Positions 24,707-31,888 of a stretch of DNA of 43,476 nucleotides are shown here, piece by piece; position 1 is the stretch's first letter, and the number at the start of each line of letters is the position of its first letter. This DNA comes from a virus (taxonomy: Duplodnaviria > Caudoviricetes), in the IMG/VR virus record IMGVR_UViG_3300028072_000009, positions 1-43,476 of that record, one strand, 5' to 3'. Under the pieces are notes generated by a model. That model was not told where the DNA came from. It did not search any database and was given only the letters and a program-made list of their open reading frames with translations. A program made the position numbers and the translations under genes.

Positions 24707-26427
24707 GGCGTGCCCCAGAAGGATTTCTGGTTAGCCTGCAACGCCGCCCGCTCGCCAGCTGTCAGCGCATAATTATCCCAGTACACCGCCTCGGTGTGGC
24801 GGCACGGGCTGATGTTGTCGGCGGCGCTAAGCCACGTCCCGATCACGCCAGTCTTGGCAAGGTTGGCCATCGCGCCCGTCGTCTCCTGGGCGTCCACCCG
24901 CGCCACACTCGACGCACCGTTAATCACAATTATCCCAGCACGCCACTGGTTGGGCGGCGCTGCTGTCGGCGAGGTCAACCCACCATCATTCCAGGAACCC
25001 CAACGGTCACCTCCCGCTATCGGGGTCGAAAACGAAAATATCCCGCCCGCCAGTTGCAGGTTGTTGCAGCCCTGCCCAACCACTTCCGCCAGCGTCACAC
25101 CCGCCATCGAGATGACTCCGGTCGTCGCCGTTGTGCTCGGACCTAGCAATATCTGCGTCCCGGTCGACCGCGCGCAGGGCAGCGTGCCAATACAATTGAA
25201 TACCAGGGCTGGCTGGTTTCCCGCCGTCGCCTGCGTCACATGCCGAGTATTGCCGCTCTGGTCGTACACCGTAACGATGGTGCAACTCGTCGCCGCACAG
25301 TGCGCCGCTGCCGCCACCGTATCTAAGGGCGCCCCGGTGAAGCCGGTGTATGACAGGAAGTTGATGTCTTGTTCGGCGTTGTCGGATGCCCTTCTAAGCC
25401 GGATCGCCGGCCCGGTGTAAGATGATTTGAGCTTGCGCATGCTGTAGGCGGCGGCCGGGGTGGCGAAAGTGTCGAGGGGGAGAGGGGTGTAGTATTGGCG
25501 CTGGTTCTCGGCCAGAGCCAGCCGCTCCGCTGCCGTCAAACCGTAACCGTTCCAGACAAACGCCTCCCGCATGTCGCAACTAGCTGGGCCGCCGGCATTA
25601 TTGGCGCCCATGAATTGCCCGGCAGACAGGTTCCCGGTGATTGCTCCGGTGGTCTCGACGCCATCAATCCGCAATACACTGCCGGCGCCGTTGATCACCC
25701 CATTAGCGACGTGCCATGCCGCTTCCGCCGTACCGGCGGGCGGGACGATAAACGCACTCCCATCCCATATCGCCCAACGGCTGTTATTGGCGTCGATAAA
25801 GATCTGGTTGCCAAAATTATCGATCATGCTGACCGGGTAACAAGCCCCCGTGCTCACCACGTTGCGGTAGGCCACCACACTGAGGCTCACCGGCATAACC
25901 GGCGTCACAGAGCCCGATGCCACCATCTTCTGGGTTGCGGTTGACCGGGCACACGGCAAGGCGTTGCCGCAATCGGCAACGTATTGCGGCTGATTTGCCG
26001 GGGTCGCCTGCAACCAGCTCCGAGCGTTCCCCGACTGATCGTACCAAGTGTCAAGAAAACAGGTGGTGCTGGCGCAGAAGGTTGCCGCCGCGGCGGTGTC
26101 GAAATCGCCGGCTGCGGTGAAGCCGATGTCTTGGGTGCCGCCCGTCGTCCGGCGCAATTTCACCGCATTGCCGGCATAGGCCGAGCGCACCTTGCGGAAG
26201 GAATAGGCCGCACTGAGGCTCGTCGCCATGCCGTCGGCCACGGTGGTGCCCTTCAGCCGCCGACCCCCATCCATCGCCACCGGACCCGCATGCATCCGCG
26301 GCCAGGCGCTGGTGGCCAAGAGGCCAGCAAGGCACAGCACCGCCAGACATGCCCCAAAGATGCCCAGCGCTGCCCGCCAGAGGGCCTGTAGGCCCTCCCC
26401 GGTGCCCATGCCCTCAAACCACACCAT
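24703..26427 (-). CDS. Tandem ConA/arabinofuranosidase-B-like lectin domain protein with hydrophobic N-terminus
   Basis: Two ~245-aa repeats beginning AAYSFRKVRSAYAG.AVKLRR / AAYSMRKLKSSYTG.AIRLRR, each with YDQSGN.R..QAT..NQP; hydrophobic segment AALGIFGACLAVLCLAGLLATSA. Confidence 0.7.
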   Translation of the reverse strand: MVWFEGMGTGEGLQALWRAALGIFGACLAVLCLAGLLATSAWPRMHAGPVAMDGGRRLKGTTVADGMATSLSAAYSFRKVRSAYAGNAVKLRRTTGGTQDIGFTAAGDFDTAAAATFCASTTCFLDTWYDQSGNARSWLQATPANQPQYVADCGNALPCARSTATQKMVASGSVTPVMPVSLSVVAYRNVVSTGACYPVSMIDNFGNQIFIDANNSRWAIWDGSAFIVPPAGTAEAAWHVANGVINGAGSVLRIDGVETTGAITGNLSAGQFMGANNAGGPASCDMREAFVWNGYGLTAAERLALAENQRQYYTPLPLDTFATPAAAYSMRKLKSSYTGPAIRLRRASDNAEQDINFLSYTGFTGAPLDTVAAAAHCAATSCTIVTVYDQSGNTRHVTQATAGNQPALVFNCIGTLPCARSTGTQILLGPSTTATTGVISMAGVTLAEVVGQGCNNLQLAGGIFSFSTPIAGGDRWGSWNDGGLTSPTAAPPNQWRAGIIVINGASSVARVDAQETTGAMANLAKTGVIGTWLSAADNISPCRHTEAVYWDNYALTAGERAALQANQKSFWGTP

Positions 26428-26433
26428 GCCGCC

Positions 26434-26787
26434 CTACAGCCCGCTACCGGGCGTTAAATACACGGTGGCCGCCGTGCCCCCGGTAATGCCCGCAACGTAC
26501 GACTGCGCGCAGCCCAATACCTCAACCGTGCCGGGTGCGATCGGCATCGCGCTCGCCACCGCCGCGGTGATGCCACTGCCCCCACAGCTGAGGAAAACCG
26601 GCACCGTCCCGGCGTTGTAGACGCGCACATTCGCATTCGTGCTGCCCGCCTGAATCTGCACCGCCGTGCTGCTGCCGGTCGCCGACAGGGTCACCGTGTT
26701 GCCCCCCGCGAGAAACGGCTTCTCCTGCGCCAATGCCGCGCCGGCATAAAAAAAGGCGGCAATCGCCGCCAGAATGGCCGTCTTCAT
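26434..26787 (-). CDS. Small beta-sandwich protein with Sec signal peptide
   Basis: MKTAILAAIAAFFYAGAALA|QEK (n/h/c regions, AxA site); VRVYNAGTVPVFL..YLTPGSGL. Confidence 0.75.
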   Translation of the reverse strand: MKTAILAAIAAFFYAGAALAQEKPFLAGGNTVTLSATGSSTAVQIQAGSTNANVRVYNAGTVPVFLSCGGSGITAAVASAMPIAPGTVEVLGCAQSYVAGITGGTAATVYLTPGSGL

Positions 26788-26790
26788 GGG

Positions 26791-26976
26791 CTATTTCCCC
26801 CGCGCACTCGGCTTCCCCCGAAATACCCCACCCCGCATCGGCACATTCCCCTGCGGCTGATGCCGCGGCGCCTTCTGCGCCGTCAGGCTCTTCAGATCCT
26901 GCCGCTGCATCAATGCCACCATCTCCTTCTCCAGCTTGGTCGCCGGCGGATGCCCCTTGCTCTTCATTGCGTCCAT
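26791..26976 (-). CDS. Small basic hypothetical protein
   Basis: 61 aa (or 58 from MKSKG, which has a better-spaced SD); Lys/Arg-rich. Confidence 0.5.
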   Translation of the reverse strand: MDAMKSKGHPPATKLEKEMVALMQRQDLKSLTAQKAPRHQPQGNVPMRGGVFRGKPSARGK

Positions 26977-26992
26977 CCTCTAAATCCCAGAC

Positions 26993-27131
26993 CGGATCGT
27001 GCCCGAGATGCGCGCGGATACCGCACGGCTAAGCCGCAGCGTCAGGACCAAGGGTGAGCCGGAGCAAGACGCGGGGGCCAACGCCCGGAATGATAGCCGC
27101 CGCGCCGCGGGTTCAAATCCCGCCGATCCCG
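26993..27131 (+). ncRNA. Expanded tRNA-like structured element
   Basis: Acceptor-like GGATCG(26994-99)/CGATCC(27124-29); canonical T arm GCGGG-TTCAAAT-CCCGC; TG-CCCGAG..GGACCAAGGG D-arm-like ends around a branched insert; no clear anticodon arm and no encoded CCA. Confidence 0.55.
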
Positions 27132-27803
27132 TCATTTCCACAAGCACCACCCCAACGCCACATCCACATTCCGCAGCTGCACCGCCGCCCCCGGCCCGTA
27201 GCCCGACGATATCCCCGAAACCGGCACGCCCGACGGATCCTGGATGGTCAGCGCCGCTACCGGGTGCGCAAAACTTATCTCCACTAACGCCCCGATCGGC
27301 GCGCCCGGCGGCAACCGCACCGTCAGCGCCGCCAACGGACCCGTGGCGATGTGCAGCGCATACTCGCCTTCAAGCAGGACGATCGTCGCCCCACTCGCCG
27401 GGTACTCCACCCGGATGGGACCGCGTGCCGCAGCCGGCTCCGCCGGGATGAACGGCACCGCCCCTCGCGTTACGTCCGACGCCACCGCCACGTTGCCGGC
27501 AAGGACGGTCGTCACGTCGCCAGAGGCCGCGGTTAATTGGAGATCCCACGCCCCGCGGCAGCCGGATGGCAAGCCCGCGCTGTCCGGCGCCAGGAGTGCT
27601 ACGTTGATGGTATTAGGAAGCGCTATCGTGCATTGGAGTTGTACCACAATGCGCCCACTGTCCGGGCGATCGCGTATTTGTGCCGCCGGAACCTGCCCGG
27701 TAAGATCGTAGGGTATTGTTTTGCCGGCGTCCTGCCAAAGGACAAAGCTGTAGCGCGCCGTGTCGCCTCGGTACAAGTCAAGATCGTAGGCGCCAGGAAG
27801 CAT
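27132..27803 (-). CDS. Virion structural protein (BppU/LtfC-like N-terminal beta domain)
   Basis: YDLDLYRGDT..YDLTG..AQIR..WDLQLT..G.V.TVLAG.V.V..DVTR pattern; 223 aa. Confidence 0.65.
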   Translation of the reverse strand: MLPGAYDLDLYRGDTARYSFVLWQDAGKTIPYDLTGQVPAAQIRDRPDSGRIVVQLQCTIALPNTINVALLAPDSAGLPSGCRGAWDLQLTAASGDVTTVLAGNVAVASDVTRGAVPFIPAEPAAARGPIRVEYPASGATIVLLEGEYALHIATGPLAALTVRLPPGAPIGALVEISFAHPVAALTIQDPSGVPVSGISSGYGPGAAVQLRNVDVALGWCLWK

Positions 27804-27814
27804 GGAGAAGCCCA

Positions 27815-28102
27815 ATGCGTAAGTCGAAACAGCCAAAACACAACATTTGCAGCTGCGGCCAGCCCGCGATAACACCAACCGCGAGCTATTGCCAGCAATG
27901 CTGCGAGAACAACACCCGCTCCGTCCGGATCCTTAAACAAATGCGGCAGGAACACCCCGATTGGAAAGATGTGCATCCAAAAAGGTGGATCGAGTGGTAC
28001 TACGATATCGCCCGGCGCTCCGCCGCCGGAAATTTTGCCGGGACCGGGTGTTTGCGCAACGCCGCCATCATCGGGACCGGGACGGACCAGGATGCCGTTT
28101 AA
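27815..28102 (+). CDS. Hypothetical Cys-rich protein
   Basis: GGAG RBS; MRKSKQPKHNICSCGQP..YCQQC; 95 aa. Confidence 0.5.
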   Translation: MRKSKQPKHNICSCGQPAITPTASYCQQCCENNTRSVRILKQMRQEHPDWKDVHPKRWIEWYYDIARRSAAGNFAGTGCLRNAAIIGTGTDQDAV

Positions 28103-28579
28103 ATGCCACGCCGCGGCCGTCAGGTGGCTTATTCACATGCCTAGGCTCTTGGGGTAGCCGGAATGCCTTCAGGGGCGCTGGCGGGCTTCCCGTGGCATTA
28201 CAGAGCAGGTTGGCCCGCCGCTAGCCCTGCGGGCTAATGCTCCGCGCTGTTGCAAACCGGATGTTAGGGCTTGGCGAGGGTGATCACTGGGGCCGAGGCG
28301 ACCGCGCATGGGTTCCCACGCGTTGATGGTGCCGGGTGGGGGGTGGGGCGAATAGGGGTCCCAACGGCTAGCGCTGGTAGCCTGTTGGTAGCCCCGATCG
28401 ATCGATCGGCACAAGAGCGGCGAAAACCCTGACGTTTCGATCGATTAGCTACAGCCTCTATAGCGGTTGCTATAGCTTGGGTGCGACAATAGCGCACAAA
28501 AGTTAATAGGATTGAAGTCAGATAGTACTTACCTTACATATGAAAGTAACGGGATGCAAAGCACTGTGCCTTGGGATGG

Positions 28580-28619
28580 AAAGCGGGTCAAGCCGCGATG
28601 GCATTTGCGGCTTGGCCGC
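28580..28619 (-). terminator. Stem-loop terminator candidate
   Basis: Minus strand GCGGCCAAGCCGCAAATGCCATCGCGGCTTGACCCGC-TTT just after the stop at 28640; U tract is short. Confidence 0.45.
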
Positions 28620-28639
28620 CAGCCCCAACAACGGATCAA

Positions 28640-28876
28640 TTATTTTTTCAGACATGCCTCGATCACCGATTTAAGTATCTGCAACCGCTGTTCGCTCTGT
28701 GCTTCAACCGCTGTTAATACAAGCCATAGCATCGCCGCATTAAGCGCCGCCAATACCAGAAACGCGGGCGGCAGCGTGGAAAGGGCTGCCCCGGCTATCC
28801 CGGACCAGCCGCTAGGCCGCAGTGTCGGGTTGTTGCTGTCGGTCAGTTCTGCGTCTCTCAGCGGTTGCTGCCACAA
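28640..28876 (-). CDS. Small membrane protein (holin-like); start uncertain
   Basis: Hydrophobic LPPAFLVLAALNAAMLWLVL followed by a charged helix ending CLKK. Confidence 0.5.
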   Translation of the reverse strand: MWQQPLRDAELTDSNNPTLRPSGWSGIAGAALSTLPPAFLVLAALNAAMLWLVLTAVEAQSEQRLQILKSVIEACLKK

Positions 28877-28884
28877 AGATGGTT

Positions 28885-28936
28885 AATGCTACATGTAGCA
28901 TTTGACAATGCTAACGGAATAGCTACATATAGCATT
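28885..28936 (+). promoter_or_regulatory. Promoter overlapped by palindromic operators
   Basis: Perfect 18-bp palindrome AATGCTACATGTAGCATT (28885-28902), TTGACA (28902-07), second copy ATAGCTACATATAGCATT (28919-36) over the -10 region. Confidence 0.75.
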
Positions 28937-29006
28937 CGTGGCGCTCATTATGCGCATTAAGGCAAGGGCAATGGGCCCAGCCAGCTAACGGGAAAGACCC
29001 GAAGCG

Positions 29007-29648
29007 ATGATGACGATCAAAGCGGCGACTGCGGTTGCTGGTTCTCTCGGTTACCCTTCTAAGATGCCAGGAACATCGTACGGCATTCCGGCGCAGGCAT
29101 GCAACGTAGGCAGTAAGCTTGCCAAGGTGGCAGGCAGCACCTGCAGCAAGTGCTACGCGCTGCGCGGCAATTACATCTTCCGCGACGTCAAAAAGAGCCA
29201 AGCGACGCGGCTGGCCGGCATCGCGCATCCTGACTGGGCCGAATCGATGGTGCGGTTGCTGACAGCGGCGCACGCGAAGGGCAACCTGCCGCCCTTCCAT
29301 CGCTGGCATGACAGCGGCGATCTTCAAAGCCGCGATCATCTGGCGAAGATCTGCGCGGTTGCCCGTGCGACACCGGAGCTGCGGCATTGGCTGCCAACAC
29401 GCGAAGGCAAGATCCTGCGCGACTTCATCCGAGACGGCGGCACGATCCCCGAGAACCTCACGATTCGACTCAGCGCCACGATGATTGACGGCGGCGCCCC
29501 GAGCGCTTGGCCGAACACGAGCACGGTGCACGATGCGAGCGCTGGCAATGGCCATCGCTGCCCGGCGCCGCAGCAAGGCAACAAATGCGCCGAGTGCCGC
29601 GTGTGCTGGGACGCCAGCGTCCCGAATGTTTCCTATCACGTTCACTGA
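29007..29648 (+). CDS. Gp88-family protein (Cys-cluster, radical-SAM-like)
   Basis: SKMPG.SYGIPA.AC..G..C..CYA..GNY..RWHDSGD..HWLPTRE..PENL.IRLS..CPA..Q..C..CR.CWD..VSY..H. Confidence 0.8.
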   Translation: MMTIKAATAVAGSLGYPSKMPGTSYGIPAQACNVGSKLAKVAGSTCSKCYALRGNYIFRDVKKSQATRLAGIAHPDWAESMVRLLTAAHAKGNLPPFHRWHDSGDLQSRDHLAKICAVARATPELRHWLPTREGKILRDFIRDGGTIPENLTIRLSATMIDGGAPSAWPNTSTVHDASAGNGHRCPAPQQGNKCAECRVCWDASVPNVSYHVH

Positions 29649-29661
29649 AGGGAAAGACCCT

Positions 29662-29889
29662 ATGACAAACGGGTGGCTGGACGACGTTGGGTTTGTGCCG
29701 TTACTTGATGAAGAGCTTTTAAAGCTCCGGCAGGCATTACACGACAAAGCGCAAGCGCTGAGCATTGATGGTCACGCGGCGCAGGCCGCGGGTTACACCC
29801 TGCTATTGGACAAGCTCGGCGGATTGCACGGGCAAGACTACAAGCTTGTGCCGCTTTCCGACACGGATCGTGATCAGCTTACGAATTGA
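29662..29889 (+). CDS. Hypothetical protein
   Basis: 75 aa; preceded by the repeated GGGAAAGACCC start motif. Confidence 0.65.
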   Translation: MTNGWLDDVGFVPLLDEELLKLRQALHDKAQALSIDGHAAQAAGYTLLLDKLGGLHGQDYKLVPLSDTDRDQLTN

Positions 29890-29902
29890 AGGGAGAGACC
29901 CT

Positions 29903-30163
29903 ATGACGATCGATATCCGCCAAGACGGCGACACTGTGGTATTACTGGACTACTCCCCGGTATGGGGCGAGCATTGGGAGCGGCGGTTCTGGGTCCAGCC
30001 GGGGTGTTATGGCAACATCTATGAAGTGACACCGCGGCGCCCTGGCATACATGGGAAAGAGGTTTGCACCCGCTTGAAGCATCGCGGGCGGCGGTTGTGG
30101 GCAACACCCGAGACATTGCTGGACGTGATCCGCATCGCGCGGCTTGATCGTGACATAAGATGA
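29903..30163 (+). CDS. Hypothetical protein
   Basis: 86 aa; same start motif; has a partial paralog at 31064-31192. Confidence 0.7.
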   Translation: MTIDIRQDGDTVVLLDYSPVWGEHWERRFWVQPGCYGNIYEVTPRRPGIHGKEVCTRLKHRGRRLWATPETLLDVIRIARLDRDIR

Positions 30164-30384
30164 CACCCGCCGAGCTAACTGCGGCTGGCGTTCGCCTGTA
30201 CGGCGAGCGCTGGCAATCGTCGCTTGCTGTGGCGCTTGGTGTCAATCCGCGCATCATGCGGCGCTGGTTATCCGGCGCCGTGCTAATCCCTCGCGGCGTA
30301 GTGGATGACATAACGGCGCTGGAAGGCATAGCGCGCAACCGGGCGGCGCGTGACAGTGCGCGCAAGGCACGGGAGGGACCGTGA
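30160..30384 (+). CDS. Small HTH DNA-binding protein
   Basis: MTPAEL..G..LYGERWQSSLA.ALGVNPR.MRRWLSG..IP. Confidence 0.75.
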   Translation: MTPAELTAAGVRLYGERWQSSLAVALGVNPRIMRRWLSGAVLIPRGVVDDITALEGIARNRAARDSARKAREGP

Positions 30385-30388
30385 TGTA

Positions 30389-30946
30389 ATGGCAGCTAAG
30401 CGATGGTCTGGGATGAGTGGGGCGCAGTTCCGAGTGGAGCTGCGCCGTCTCAATTTGACGCAACAATGGTTCGCCGAGCAATGCGGCTTTGAGCTAAGCA
30501 CGGTGGCGAAATGGTGCGCGGATGACAGTGTCACATCTGGCCAGCCGGTACCGCAGTATGCGGCATTCATCCTGCAGCTGCTAGATCGTCTGGCGTATCG
30601 CGGGGAGATGCGCGACATCTCGGACCAGGTGGAAGCGTTTGTCCGGATGATCGTGGCTGGCACGCTGGTGCCACCGAAGGATGATCACGATGCCAGCCGC
30701 TTTGCCTTTGCGGGCAACGGACTATCGAATGACGATCTGATCCCGAAGCTAACGAAGCGAGGGCGCGCGCGGGTTAAGCGGGATGATTGGTTGCGGACGT
30801 GGCGGGTGTCGTGGCGCGATACCGCGGGCATATCGTGCGAACGTTGGTACAGCCAGCGCCCGAGCGCGTTCCGGAAGGTGGCTGAGTTACGGAAGTTGGA
30901 CATCGCCGCCACGATCGACCACGCGCCGTTACGGGAAGGCATCTGA
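30389..30946 (+). CDS. XRE-type HTH protein with C-terminal extension
   Basis: MSGAQFR.ELRRLNLTQQWFAEQCG.ELSTVAKW..PVP. Confidence 0.7.
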   Translation: MAAKRWSGMSGAQFRVELRRLNLTQQWFAEQCGFELSTVAKWCADDSVTSGQPVPQYAAFILQLLDRLAYRGEMRDISDQVEAFVRMIVAGTLVPPKDDHDASRFAFAGNGLSNDDLIPKLTKRGRARVKRDDWLRTWRVSWRDTAGISCERWYSQRPSAFRKVAELRKLDIAATIDHAPLREGI

Positions 30947-30984
30947 TGTGGTGGTGGATACGGTGTCATAAATCACCGCGGATT

Positions 30985-31253
30985 AATCTACACTAGGGAT
31001 TTGGTGACGAAGCGAGTTTTGCGATGAATCAAATCTACACTTTGGGATGCGGGAGATGATCTGATGGCTGAGATCAGGCAGGCGGATGATGGCGAGGTGG
31101 TGTTGCTGGACTACTCGCCGGTATGGGGCGAACGATACGAGCGGCGCTTTTGGGTTCCGCATCCGCGGCGAGCACATTGCACGTGGCCTTAATGGCGGCC
31201 GCTAATTTGGTGACGGAGCCACATTTCAGCGAAAGTTAATCTACACTCGGGAT
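30985..31253 (+). repeat. Repeated promoter-like unit (TTTGGTGACG.AGC ... AATCTACACT..GGGAT)
   Basis: AATCTACACT(N1-2)GGGAT at 30985, 31032, 31238; TTTGGTGACGRAGC at 31000 and 31206, each exactly 32 bp before the next box. Confidence 0.75.
31064..31192 (+). CDS. Truncated paralog of the 29903 ORF (42 aa, not in ORF track)
   Basis: MAEIRQADDGEVVLLDYSPVWGERYERRFWV versus MTIDIRQDGDTVVLLDYSPVWGEHWERRFWV. Confidence 0.65.
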   Translation: MAEIRQADDGEVVLLDYSPVWGERYERRFWVPHPRRAHCTWP

Positions 31254-31352
31254 ATGGCAGCGATGGATGACTGGACGGCCGACGCGCGTTTAGCGCTGAT
31301 CATTGTTGGGATCGGCTTGGCGATATTGCTGCTCGCGCGGTGGACAGCCTAA
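31254..31352 (+). CDS. 32-aa single-TM peptide (not in ORF track)
   Basis: MAAMDDWTADARLALIIVGIGLAILLLARWTA; ATG 6 nt after TACACT. Confidence 0.5.
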   Translation: MAAMDDWTADARLALIIVGIGLAILLLARWTA

Positions 31353-31546
31353 GCCACCGTTTCGTCGTCCTGCGGTGGCAGCCCATACTTCTCGCGCAAC
31401 AGATTGGCCAGTGCCGTTCGTTCGATTGGTGTCAGTACCTTGTCGAACATGAAGTCAGCACCTTGCCCCAGCATCTCGTTGGTGACACCGAGCGACACCT
31501 CGGTAGCAGTGATCGCCTCGTCACCTTGGGTGCATTTGCGCGGCAT
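31349..31546 (-). CDS. Hypothetical protein
   Basis: 65 aa directly after the terS stop. Confidence 0.5.
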   Translation of the reverse strand: MPRKCTQGDEAITATEVSLGVTNEMLGQGADFMFDKVLTPIERTALANLLREKYGLPPQDDETVA

Positions 31547-31547
31547 G

Positions 31548-31829
31548 TCAGGCTGCGTCCGCCTCGTCATCGTCCTGCGGGGCAAACTGGGTGATCTCGA
31601 CCACCAATGGCCCGCCAGCGGACGTATGATCGACATGCGCCAAATCCGGCAGCACCTTTTTCAGCAAAATGCTGCACGCCTGGATTTGGCTGGTCGTCAT
31701 CGTGGGGTCTTCGCCGATCGCATGGTCCATCAGCTTGGACAGCAGCGTGGTGGTTTTGATGCGGCTACGGATTTCGTCGAAAGCCTCGGCGCTGAAGGCG
31801 GGGTGGCGCTGGGCGGTTGAGCGGTTCAT
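31548..31829 (-). CDS. terS: Probable terminase small subunit
   Basis: EIRSRIKTT.LL.KL.DHA.G..MT.SQIQA..ILLKKVLPDL..V pattern; first gene after the putative late regulator. Confidence 0.6.
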   Translation of the reverse strand: MNRSTAQRHPAFSAEAFDEIRSRIKTTTLLSKLMDHAIGEDPTMTTSQIQACSILLKKVLPDLAHVDHTSAGGPLVVEITQFAPQDDDEADAA

Positions 31830-31888
31830 GGGAAACCGGGGGGTTTGGGAGCTGGGCTTGGGGGCTACGATCCCCCGGCCCGCATTTC

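Noticed and set aside
26993-27131. Canonical tRNA or tmRNA
   Set aside because: Too long for a tRNA and without a clean anticodon arm; too short for tmRNA, with no alanine-type acceptor stem or tag ORF
29903-31192. DGR template/variable repeat pair
   Set aside because: No reverse transcriptase in the genome, and the differences are not confined to adenines
30985-31253. Mini CRISPR array (minus-strand AGTGTAGAT resembles the 3' end of Cas12a repeats)
   Set aside because: The TTTCTAC half of the stem is absent, spacing is irregular (47 and 206 bp) and there are no cas genes; a promoter-like repeat fits better
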